42,231 bases of DNA from Callorhinchus milii (lineage: Eukaryota). The translations under genes and the position numbers were made by a program. The stretch lies in contig NW_024705468.1 of NCBI RefSeq assembly GCF_018977255.1, positions 1 through 42,231 of the forward strand, given 5' to 3'. Below the pieces are notes generated by a model, which was not told the origin of the DNA, ran no database searches, and saw nothing but the letters and a program-made list of their open reading frames with translations. This document shows positions 11,438 to 22,908 of the stretch, piece after piece (the stretch's first letter is position 1; every line of letters begins with the position of its first letter).

Positions 11438-11806
11438 GTGACCACAAGGCGAGCACATATTTCTGACTTTGAAGCTGCAATTTTGATACAATGTCATATA
11501 AATTACTTTTGTACAGTGGCTTTCACATCGCAAGTTCAGCTGTTAAACTGCACGAGAGGAATTTGGTAAATAATCGTAGCGCAAATGATGGTAATTAATG
11601 TGAAATGCGATGATCAAAATCATTCTCATTTTTGTCTATTTATTGTATTGTTACAGAGAGTGGAATATGTAGAAATTTCAGCAACCGATAGCAGTTATAA
11701 AACAGGCGTTTGAAATGTTAAAAGAATACTTTGGCTGTCGGTTCCAGGCGCTCGGAGACGCAGGCACAACAATTTGTTCTGACGATGAGGTAAGGACCAT
11801 CTGCAG

Positions 11807-13670
11807 ATAACAACAACACCAACGACAAGATTCCATTTATTGAGAGCCTTTTACGTCGGTAGCACGTCCCAAGGCGCTGCACAGTTGGGTCAGGACCCGA
11901 GCAAGGCGTAAATGGTCAGCGTGAGGGGAGGGATGGGGGGGAGCGAGGAGGGGGTGGAGAGTCGAGAGGGGAGCTGAAGGCACGGTCAAAGAGAAAGGTC
12001 TTGAGACCGACCTTGAAGGAGGAAAGGGAGGAAGCCAGGCGAAGGCACTGGGGTTTGGAGTTGCAGAGCCTCGCGGCTGCGAGGCTGAAGGCCCGGCCAC
12101 CGTTGGTAGGGCGGTTGGGGCGGGGGATGTGGAGCAGACCGGAGCCAGAGGAACGGAGGGTACGTGCAGGTATGTAGGGGGATAGTAGGTCGGAGAGGTA
12201 GGAGGGAGCAAGGCCAAGAATGGCCTTGGAAGGAGAGGGTGAGGATCTTGAATTCGATCCTCTGGGGGATGAATAGGCAGTGGAGGCGAGCGAGGGTGGG
12301 AGTGATGTGGTCTCGAAGCCTGGTGCGGGACAGTACACGAGCTGCAGAGTTCTGAATGACCTGCAGTGTGGAGGGAGGTGGCGGGAAGGCCGGCGAGGAG
12401 AGAGTTCCCATAGTCCAGCCTTGAGGTGATAAAGGCGTGGACCAGTGTTTCAGCAGCGTGAAGGGTGAGGTAGTGCCGCAGTCTGGCCACATTCCGGAGT
12501 TGATGGAAGGCGGTGCCAGTTGTGGCGCGGATATGAGGGAGAAAGGACAGCTCAGGGTCGTACAGAAGCCAGATGTTCCTGACTAACTTTTTAGAGGTTG
12601 AGAGTGCAGCCTTGGATGCTGATGTTGTCAGCGCCTGTGGTGCGAAGGCGCTGAAGCGAGCCAATCAGGAGGGCCTCAGTTTAGCGCACGTTGAGCTGGA
12701 GAAAGTTATCTCTCGTCCAGGACTCGATGTCGGACATGCAGGCTGTCAGGACACCGCTGGTCGTGGAGTTGAGGGTAGAGGAGGAAGGGTAGAGTTGGGT
12801 GTCATCCGCACTCTTGTGGAAGTTAACCGCATGTCCGCGGATGATGCCACCAAGGTGGAGCATATCGAGGGTGAAGAGGAGGGGACCGACGAAGAGCCTT
12901 GAGGGACGCTGCACGAGACAGTGCTGGGGCCGGAGGAAAAAACATTTGTGGAGACAAAATGAAGTCGGTGGGAGAGGTACGACCTTAACCACACAAGGAC
13001 AGGGCCTTGAAGGTTTAGGTGGGAGGACAAGCGGAGGAGGAGGATAGCATGGTCGACCGTATCGAATGCTGCCGATAGGTCGAGGAGGATGAGTAGGCAG
13101 AGGGACCCCTGGTCACAGATGATCAGGATGTCATTGGTGACCTTGACCAGGGCAGTTTCTGAGCTATGGGCTGCACGGAAATCCGAATGTAGGGGTTCGA
13201 ATAGTGAATGGTTGGAGAGGAAAGATGGCAGCTGGGAGGTGACAACTCGTTCAAGGACTTTGGACAGGAAGGGGAGGTTGGAGATGGGCCGGTAGCTTCA
13301 TAGCTGCGACGCATCAAGGGAGGGCTTTTTTAAGGTGGAGTGATGGTGGCCGTTTTTGATGGAATGGGAATAGAGCCAGAGGAGAGGGACAGGTTGACGA
13401 TGTCTGTGATACGTGGGGCAAGGAGGTGGAGCTGGGAGATAAGGAGTGGGCATGGGGTCAATTGAGCAGGTGGTGGGTTTCAGGAATAGGATGAGTTTGG
13501 TGACAGAGGGTGGGAAAATAGGTTCGAAAGTGTGTAGGGGAGGATGGGTAGGAGTCTGCGTGTGGGAGGGAAGGGGTGGGAGGTGGGTGGATGTTGGAGG
13601 GGAAGTGACCGCGGAACGAATTCCATTGATTTTGGAGGGATAAGGGAAAAATCTTGGGCATGGGACCAGC
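11807..13670 (-). mobile_element. 5'-truncated L2-clade LINE, frameshifted
   Basis: Minus-strand fragments LKPTTCSIDPMP, SADDTQLY and [23 protein letters not shown]; 3' tail with (TTG)n at ~11807-11880. Confidence 0.95.
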
Positions 13671-14914
13671 ACAACGAAATGTGTGTCTGAAAGCTTTTTC
13701 TTGTAAGTTAGCAACATTCTCAAATACAGTTCTGAGACGCGATGAAGCCTGTCGCTATTACAGATAGCTAAAGGGAGAAACTTCATCGATAAGGTTAGGC
13801 AGGACAAATGAAGACTAAATTCTAAAGGCCATAATCATATCTGGCTGTAGTGAAGGTCAGAGGGGTAGTTGCTATAATTGGGGTTACACCGGACGGAGAG
13901 GTGTGTGGAAGCAGAGGGAGAGGAAAAGAAAGAACGCGAATATTGCAAAAGCTTGAGCCTGAGATCCAGACACGAAAAACTGAAATCAGCCCACAAACTA
14001 CATAGACCTGGTAGCATGAATATTTACCTCTTTTGCTATATAAAATGTTTGTGAATAATATACCTTTATATTTTTATTAAGTGTTCTTGAGCCATTCTTT
14101 CGAATCCTCGAGATCGGTGTATCCCAAAAGTATGAACAGTTTGGTTACAGCTTTGCCGAATGATTAACGACTATCGGTTTGGCTCTTTTGTTTTAACGAA
14201 TTGTAGAATCGTTAAATTTTTGGTAACGTTTTTGGTAACTGAAATCATAGATGCAATTGCAATATTTTCCATGAAGACTCTTTGGCCCATGTGATCTGAT
14301 AGATCCAGAATATACATTCAGCCATTTTCACAGCAAAGAATCAATTTGCTCTTTAAATGCATCTAAGTATCATTTTCTCAATCAACTTTTCTAGCAACCT
14401 ATTCAACCCACTTTCTCTCCCTCTCTGCAGAGATCACATTTACTCTCTTTCTCATTGTGGTGACCCAGAATTTATTGCACTTTTACTTTTTTCATGTGCC
14501 AAACAGAACCAGAAAATCTCATGAAATACTTTAAAGCTATTATTTGCCTCAGCGTCACACAGAGATCCATAAAAGATCGGCTTGTGTGAAGCTGATTCTC
14601 AGAAACTGCACTAAATAGAGCGGTACAGGAGACGTGAATGAAGTATTGAAGGAAAGTGCAACACAGGTGTGTCGAAGTGGGGAATACAAGTCTAATGAGG
14701 GGAATGAATGGGTGTAATTGGTGTGGATGGATGGACGCGTTTGGTGGAATGACCTGTTTCTCTAGATCATTCTTTGCCATAATTTGTCGGTATATCAACT
14801 TATATCAACCTGTTCTCCTGGAGCAGGTTTAGGTATAGTTTTAAAATAGAGAAAGTCTAAAGCTGATACACGTGTATCTCCCTGTAACAACTGCTCAAAC
14901 ATTTAACCCCTTTT

Positions 14915-16346
14915 CGAACCCCTTCAGTCAGGTTTCCGTGCTGCCCATAGCACAGAAACTGCCCTGGTCAAGGTCACCAATGATATCCTGACCATCTGTG
15001 ACCAGGGCTCCCTCTGTCTCCTCGTCCTCCTCGACCTAACGGCATCATTCGATACGGTCGACCACGCTATCCTACTCCACCGCTTGTCCACCCACCTCAA
15101 CATTCAAGGCACTGTCCTTGAATGGTTTAGGTCGTACCTTTCTCACCGTCTTCACTTTGTCTCGACGAATGGCTTCTCCTCCANCCCCCGTACTGTCTCA
15201 CGTGGTGTCCCTCAGGGCTCTGTCCTTGGTCCCCTCCTCTTCACCCTCTATATGCTCCCCCTTGGTGACATCATCCGCAGACATGGAGTTAACTTTCACA
15301 TGTATGCGGATGACACCCAACTCTACCTTTCCTCCTCTACTCTCAACTCCACGACCACCGATGTCCTGACAGCCTGCCTGTCCGACATCGAGTCCTGGAT
15401 GAGAGACAACTTTCTTCAGGTCAACGTGCGAAAAACCGAGGCCCTCCTGATTGGCTCACGTCAGCGCCTCCGCACCTCAGGCGCTGACACCATCAGCATC
15501 CAAGGCTGCACTCTCCACCTCTCAAAGCCAGTCAGGAACCTCGGCGTTTTGTTCGACCCTGAGCTGTCCTTTCTGCCTCACATCCGCACCACAACTGGCA
15601 CCGCCTTCCATCACCTGCGGAACATCCCAGACTACGGCACCACCTCACCCCTCACGCTGCTGAAACTCTGGTCCACGCCTTTGTCACCTCAAGGCTGGAC
15701 TATGGGAACTCTCTCCTCGCCGGCCTTCCCGCCACCTCCCTCCACACTGCAGGTCATTCAGAACTCTGCAGCTCGTGTACTGTCCCGCACCAGACACCGC
15801 GACCACACCACATCCACCCTCGCTCGCCTCCACTGGCTCCCCATCCCCCAGAGGATTGATTTCAAGATCCTCATCCTCACCTACAAGGCCATTCACGGCC
15901 TTGCTCCCTCCTACCTCTCCAACCTACTATCCCTTTACCTACCTGCCCGTACCCTCCGTTCCTCTGGCTCTGGTCTACTCCACGTCCCCCGCCCCAACCG
16001 CCCTACCATCGGTGGTCGAGCCTTCAGCCTCTCAGCCCCCAGGCTCTGGAACTCCATCCCCCAGTGCCTTCGCCTTGCTTCCTCCCTTTCCTCCTTCAAG
16101 GCCGGTCTCAAAACCTTTCTCTTTGACCGTGCCTTCAGCTCCCCTCTCGACGCTCTTCCCCCTCCTCGCTCCCTCCCTTCCCTCCCCTCACCCTGACCAT
16201 TTCCCCCCTCCTTGCTCCCTCCCTTCCCTCACTCTGACCATTTCCCCCCTGCTCGGGTCATGACCCAACTGTGCAGCGCCTTGGGACGTCCTCCTGACGT
16301 GAAAGGCGCTTTATCAATGGAATCTTGTTGTTGTTGTTGTTGTTGT
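14915..16346 (+). mobile_element. 5'-truncated L2-clade LINE, reverse-transcriptase region with frameshifts
   Basis: ORF 15084-16196 contains [18 protein letters not shown] and [23 protein letters not shown]; tail ends in (TTG)n. Confidence 0.96.
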
Positions 16347-16856
16347 ACTGTCCCGCATCAGACTTCGGGTCCACATAACTCCCACCCTCGCTCGCCTCCA
16401 TTAGCTCCCCATCCCCCAGAGGATGGAGTTCAAGATCCTCATCCTCACCTACAAAGCCATTCACGGCCTTGCTCCCTCCTACATCTCCGACCTAATATCC
16501 CCCTAACTACCTGCCCGTACCCTCCGTTCCTCTGGCACCGGTCTGCTCCACATCCCCGCTCCAACCGCCCTACCATCGGTGGCCTTCAGCCTCTAAGCCC
16601 CGAGGCTCTGGAACTTTATCCCCCAGTGCCTTCGCCTTGCCTCCTCTCTTTCCTCCATCAAGCCCGGTCTCAAAACATTTCTCTTTGACCGTGCCTTCAG
16701 TTCCCCTCTCGACTCTCTATCCCCTCCTCACTCTCTTCCTTCACTCCCCTCACCCTGACCATTTCCCTCTTGCTCGGGTCCTGACCCAACAGTGCAGCGC
16801 CTTGGAACGTCCTCCCGACGTGAAAGGCGCTCTACAAATGGAATGTTGTTGTTGTT
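16345..16856 (+). mobile_element. Second, shorter L2 3' fragment in tandem
   Basis: Diverged repeat of 15777-16340 beginning immediately after the (TTG)n tail. Confidence 0.93.
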
Positions 16857-17451
16857 CTATTATAGATCAGTGTCTACAGTGGTCAGGAGTAACAGAGTTT
16901 AATCACCGTACTTATTTATCAATAATAACACAAACAAAGTGTTTATGATGAAGATATACCAGAAACCATTAACTTGCATCTCAGCGTATGGAGAGGCAAA
17001 TGACCAGTGAACGCAGCATCACAACCGGACAGTTTGACAGTGAAGTGAGGGATACAAAACGAGTGCTGTCAACCACTACAGTCTTGACCCTCCAGCGCCG
17101 GACAACAGCTCACCACAAACGAATGTCTCTGTCCATATAACCAATAGATTTATAATATGTACAAAATAAATCATTAGCCGGATAGGATTCACCAATGAGG
17201 GGTGATTTAACCATATATGGATGTAATTGCCCGTCTTTTCTCTTTGATCGAGCTTCCTGATAGAGCAATCGCGGATATGTGGCCCATGAGTTGAGATGTG
17301 CCATGAAATATGTGTCCATGTGTGTCCTAAAGATGACATTTTCTCTCAAATCAAATCTCAAATCTCTCTTGCTTTCTTGACGTCAGATGCACACAGTACT
17401 TTATCCACATTCTTTGCAATCTACACATTTACATTAATTAACTTTGCAAGT

Positions 17452-17590
17452 AATAATAATAATAATCCTTGCATTTGTTACAGCGGCTGATCACGTATTT
17501 GAGGCGTATCGAAGCGTTTCGCAGAATACACTGCACTGAAAATTTACTTGACTGCATATTTGGGGGGCAAAACGCGGCAGCCAATGGCGA
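17452..17590 (-). mobile_element. Degenerate SINE 3' half
   Basis: (TAA)n-CCTTGCATTTG...CGCGGCAGCCAATGGCG. Confidence 0.8.
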
Positions 17591-18894
17591 TACCATGCAG
17601 AACATGATAAGCTATTTTATGTTGTACAGAACAGTGGAACTACGGGACGCGGCCTGCAATTGATGCAGGTTAAATTCAGAGGAAAAATCTACTGCAACAT
17701 TATTTCAGTGAAACAGGAGTAAACTGATGGAACAGGCCCCACAGCGAGGCAGTGGGGAAAAAAACGTATTTTTTATCAGGATCAAACGATATCGGTTTCT
17801 GCAGGAAAATAATATCTCGGGATCCAGTATATGATTTGGCACAAGACATTTGAACTGTCTGTCAGGATGGTGGAAGGCGAACTTGATAGACCTTGGTCTT
17901 TTTTAACTGAGAAAATTCATATGTTTTTAAATTTTAATGCAGGTACTTGTTCGTGTAAGCAAACCTTTTTCAATGCCTTGTATGAGTCATGATCAGAAAG
18001 ACAGTTTAAATTAAATGAGTTATCTTAGCACAGTCATTGATTCTCCAAATTGATTTGTTTTAAATAAAGTTTGAATGATTATTCATAATCAGTCTTTCCT
18101 CTTTCGGGTATTGAGTGAAAAGTAATATGTGCTGGCGTGGCGAGTGAGGACATTGAAGGCCATGACCAGAGTAGGAAGGGAAGAGATGACGGTTTCAATA
18201 TCGAGATGAACTCAAACTTCAGCATATGAATAAGACTTTTATTTTCAATAAAAGCTTTGGCTCACAACTTAAAGAATAAAGAAATATTTTACACATAAAA
18301 AGGACAATGAGAAACATCCCTTAAAGTAAGGCGCGGCTGCCTGAGCAGCGACACAGTGAGAGTCTGTGAGTTTATTGTTGAACCTTCTCAGCCTCTGTGT
18401 CTGATCACCAGCGGCAGAGAGCGCGGGGCCCAGCGCTGCTCAACTTCAACACACCCTCACCCAGACCTCTCTCTAATGAATGAACAGGTCAAGGTTTCAG
18501 TCATGCTGACTGCATTCACATTGTAAATATCTGACACAAACAGTGACTCTGCCACCTTCTCTCTGTTATAAACCAGTCAAAATCGTAAGCTCAGATCCCA
18601 CAGAATATTGTCTCGCTGCTTTACTGCTTGGATGACAATCTGTTACACGACATGAAGAGATATAAAATGAGCCGACAAGACGGTCTGTGTAAACAGTATA
18701 TTGAAGGTATCCCAGTAAATCAGAATGCCTCCGAAAATATTGAACGGCTTCCTATTGAATATGAGACTCTTTCTCTAAATGGGGAGTTAAGAGCCAAACA
18801 ACTACAACCGGCTCCGCAGTTCGGGGGCTGCCAGTCAGCCCAAATCAGCAGTGGATTGAAACATTGCAGTAGATATTTACACTGAAATGCTGTA

Positions 18895-18965
18895 CACTGC
18901 GAGCGCCTTGGGACGTCCTCCCGACGCGAAAGGCACTATAGACTATACATATGTAATCTTGCTGT
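18895..18965 (+). mobile_element. Isolated L2/SINE 3' tail
   Basis: AGCGCCTTGGGACGTCCTCCCGACGCGAAAGGCACTATA. Confidence 0.8.
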
Positions 18966-20044
18966 TTGTTGAATTATAATTAGCAATACACCATGCTTTC
19001 ACATACATACACAAATGCATATGCAGGCACACAGACGCATTCAAACAAACACGTATATCCACACACGCTCACATATGATATAAACATATGCCGCATTGTT
19101 TAACGCCAGGGTACACAGTCAGATATAAACCGACAGACAAACACAAATACACACAGCGGCGCTCAGAGTAGAAAAGCATCAAGGCCATTAACACAGATGC
19201 TGCAGAATATAATCGCATCCTGCACATCAACCGAGCAATTACAGACAACGTGCAGCGATCTGAAGCCTTCACATTAAAGCAAAACTTACACTCTAATCAA
19301 TAACAAACAATTATTTTTCAAGTGTTTGTGAGCAAAACTACTCCAGCATTTCCTTCAGCAATATAAATGGAATGACAGTGTAAAGCATATGGTTGTGGAA
19401 TCATTTGTTGTTTATTTAAGGTTGCTGTTACCAGAGAAAGCGAGAAAGAGTCTCTCACTTTGACAATTTTTATATGGTATACCATATCTATAAGCGTCAG
19501 TGTACGGCAAATAGAAAGTGTACATGTACGTACTTGAAATATTAAGTAACTGAAAGTTTAAATCAATTTCTCACGCACTGTCTTAATTCAGAGTTTTCCT
19601 GTCTTCAAAGAAATTGTACTGTCCAGTCGGCAAAATGATTCCAGCAATTTTGCTTTCTATTGTTTATGTTTTGCAACTCGTGTTTTTCTCTTTCTCTTTC
19701 AGTGACCGTTGTTCAGAGTTCCTTGGGTCTCTCCTTTTAATTTTGTGGTTTAAAAACCATTGGTTCATCAGATTTTGGCCGATGTCCAGCTGTCACCTAA
19801 GTGTAGTGATTGGGACGCGCTCTCAGTGTCTCGCCGCTTGGTTCAGTTGAAAGAATCCGCTGGTTTTTAATGGTTGAAACACAAAATCTCCCAATATAGA
19901 AGCTGCTCAGTTTCACCGCTATAATCTACAGACTGAAACAGTTATTACAACTGTGTGTTTATAACCTGCAACAGCTCTAGTCTCAAACATTGTTGAGTCT
20001 GCCCTGATTGTCCATCAAATCCACAATCCCTGAGCTGCAATATT

Positions 20045-20141
20045 TGTGCCCTGCCCTGGGTATCCGTGGCCTCTTGAGGCTCTGAGCTCCAATGTCTGTG
20101 CCCTACCCTGGGTACCCGTGGCAGCCTGAGGCTCTGATCTC
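20045..20141. repeat. Two-copy tandem repeat, 52 bp period
   Basis: TGTGCCCTRCCCTGGGTAYCCGTGGC...TGAGGCTCTGA at 20045 and 20097. Confidence 0.85.
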
Positions 20142-20396
20142 TATTCCTGTGCAGCTGCGGTGATGTCTGATACAGTGAGAATGTAGTTTAATGTTTTAAA
20201 TATTATTTCATTCCCCCCTCTCTGAAATAAGCTCACTTTTATCTTGTCTCTCCTTTGTGAATTAGAAATAACCTCCAGTGGTACAGGGAAAGGCTGGTGA
20301 AATAGACCAAACAGTTTTACTTCCAAAGTCACGGGCAACAAATGTCTGTCTTCCTTGTTATACATTTCTAAGACTCTAAGATACACCTTTGAGAAG

Positions 20397-21730
20397 TAAA
20401 GAGTTACATTTTTAACTGATGTCCGATAACATCTGAGCAAACGGCTTGTTTCCTGCTTTAAATCCACTCTGTTTGCAATATGTGTGTGCGTGTGTGTTTG
20501 TGTGTGAGAGAGAGTGAGAGCGATAGAGAGGGATGGGGCATGTGGGGACTGGTGGGTGGGGGAGCGGTAGGTTGATGTTGACGTGGAGGATTGGTAGTGG
20601 AATCCTTAGCGGCAGATCGTACAGAGAGATAAAAATTATTTTAGTCGACACGAGCTGTACTACAGACCTCCTGGTGCTTTACAGCACGACCTTGATGTGA
20701 AGTCGAAGTAAATAACGGCCAATTTAACACATTAGATCAAGTTATGTAAATCCACTATTATTAATACTGGAATTGTGAACAATGACCCCAATACATGTAA
20801 CAGCGAATAATGAAATAAGTAACAACAAACAGATCATTCCTGATCGTTTCTGTGCTGTAAGTACAGGTCTCTCAAATGCTGTAGGAACAAGTCACTGTGG
20901 GATTTAATCCTCAGAGGCCAATGTGCTGACATCAGAGTTGTATTCATACCCGACATGTCTGCCCACCAGATCTATCTCATGTGAATGAGTGTAACTACCA
21001 TTTGATCACACATAGTATGAATGAGTTTCTTCTGAACCGTAATTTGTTAAGGCTCTGTGATGCATCTTTCGGGTTTAAAGAGTTACATTTGAAACTGCTG
21101 TCAGATAACATCTGAGCTGCTGTTTTTTCCTGCCATAAAACGTGTAAGTGTGTGTGTGTGTACAGCGAAAGGCAAAACGATACATTATATTAACACTAAC
21201 ATGGAATTTCTGGTGCTTTGCTAATGGATCTGGATTTGGAAATTGATGTAATTCCCGGCCTAATTAATACATTTAAAAATGGTGGCCAATAACATTTTTT
21301 CCTGCTTTAAATCAGCTGTGTTTTTGTGTGTGAAAGAGAGGGAAAAAGAGACGGGGGATAGCGGGTTGGAGCAGTGGGGTTAGGAGGGGAGTTTGGGAGA
21401 AGAAGACTGCTGGTAGCGGAAGCTGCATAAGCAGATCGTACAGAGAGATAAAGAACATTTTAGTCGACACGGAATACACCGCAGAAATTCTGTTGCTTTG
21501 CAGCAGGAGCTGGTTGTGCGGTTGAAGTAAAGAACGGCCCAAATAACACATTACGTCGAGTTATCTAAACCCACCATTATTATAATTAGAATTATATTAA
21601 ATGACGCCAAAAATATTACAGCAAAGAACAAATATATAACAGCAAACCGAATATTCACGAGCGTTTCTGTGCTATAATTGCAGGCCTCTCAAACACTGTA
21701 GATGAAAGCTCTGTGGGATTTAAACCTCAG
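20397..21730. repeat. Diverged local direct duplication
   Basis: 20397-20915 versus 21077-21140 and 21295-21730; shared anchors AAAGAGTTACATTT, GCAGATCGTACAGAGAGATAAA, TTTTAGTCGACACG and CTGTGGGATTTAA. Confidence 0.85.
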
Positions 21731-21967
21731 ACAACAATACTGTCTTGACGGCTTTTGAGAACACTACAATCAGATAAGAAAGTCAGTCTCCAGCCTGCAA
21801 TAACTCGGTTGGCCACAGGCGGATCAGATGTTTCTGTATTTCAAGTTGAAAAATCAGCCTTTAAACTGCAATAGATGAGTTTGTGCAAATTAACTTAACT
21901 GATGGGAAATCTGAAAAAAAATTCATTTCTTCTGGATAAATTAACACAGATCACTCGATTAGAAATG

Positions 21968-22210
21968 ATAATAATCCTTGCATTTTGATATAGCGCTTTT
22001 CACGTCGGGAGTACGTCCCAAAGCGCTTCACAGAACACACTGTAAAGTGAATTGACTGAATATTGGTGGGCGAACGCGGCAGCCAATTGCGCACAGCAAT
22101 GTCCCACAAACAGTCATAGATGGAAAATAACCAATTTATTATAGTTTTTTTTATTTGGAGGGATTATTATTAGTTGTGTAGAATAAGGAAACTTTCCCAA
22201 GGTTTCGCCC
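21968..22210 (-). mobile_element. SINE lacking the tRNA head
   Basis: Matches the body and tail of the full SINEs and stops at GGTTTCGCCCT. Confidence 0.92.
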
Positions 22211-22908
22211 TACCTGTTGTAGAACAGTGCTCACGTTCTATATTTAAGAGCAGTAGCACAATAAAATATTTTCACTTTTGTCAGTTCGGTATAGGAAAGT
22301 TGTGGTAACCAACTATCTTAAAATAATTCAAGCTAAAATACTGCATTCTAAACAAAGATGATCGGAGTTATTAAACAGAGAGGTATCATGAAGTTGAATG
22401 CCCAGCATGAAACCATTGTTGCGAAAAAATCATATTTCGTTATCAAAACATTTAATATATATCTGAACAGAAATATAAAAGACTGTGGAGGAAAAGGCTG
22501 TAGAATGGGATGAAACCGATTGCAACCATTATTGAAGAAAGCCTTTGATACAAGCGCGATTTTCGATGTTGCAAATGGTTGATCATAGCCACCAGGTGAT
22601 CAGAGCCTCTTTCACATCCCCAGGTGATCATAGCTACCAGGTACTTTTAAAGCACTCCGCGGTTTTAGCCACAACCGACCTAGGTAAAGTATTTGTGGCC
22701 TATGAACAGATACGATTCTCTCTTTTCAGCTGTTTAATATCCCCTGCACTGCCCTGCCCTAGCCTCCATTGGAAGTTGCCCGCACTTTCTGGAAATCCTT
22801 TGCCTCCCCATTTCGCTTGCTGCCTTTCAGCTCCATCTGAAAACTTTCTTTTATGGAATATATATGGAATATATATTAAAAAATACATACAAAATACATA
22901 TAAAATAT

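Noticed and set aside
13680..14010. Possible coding remnant between the L2 copies
   Set aside because: No recognisable motif, consistent frame or second copy to support it
15084..16196. Functional 370-aa reverse transcriptase gene
   Set aside because: 5'-truncated L2 with an internal out-of-frame segment and no endonuclease domain
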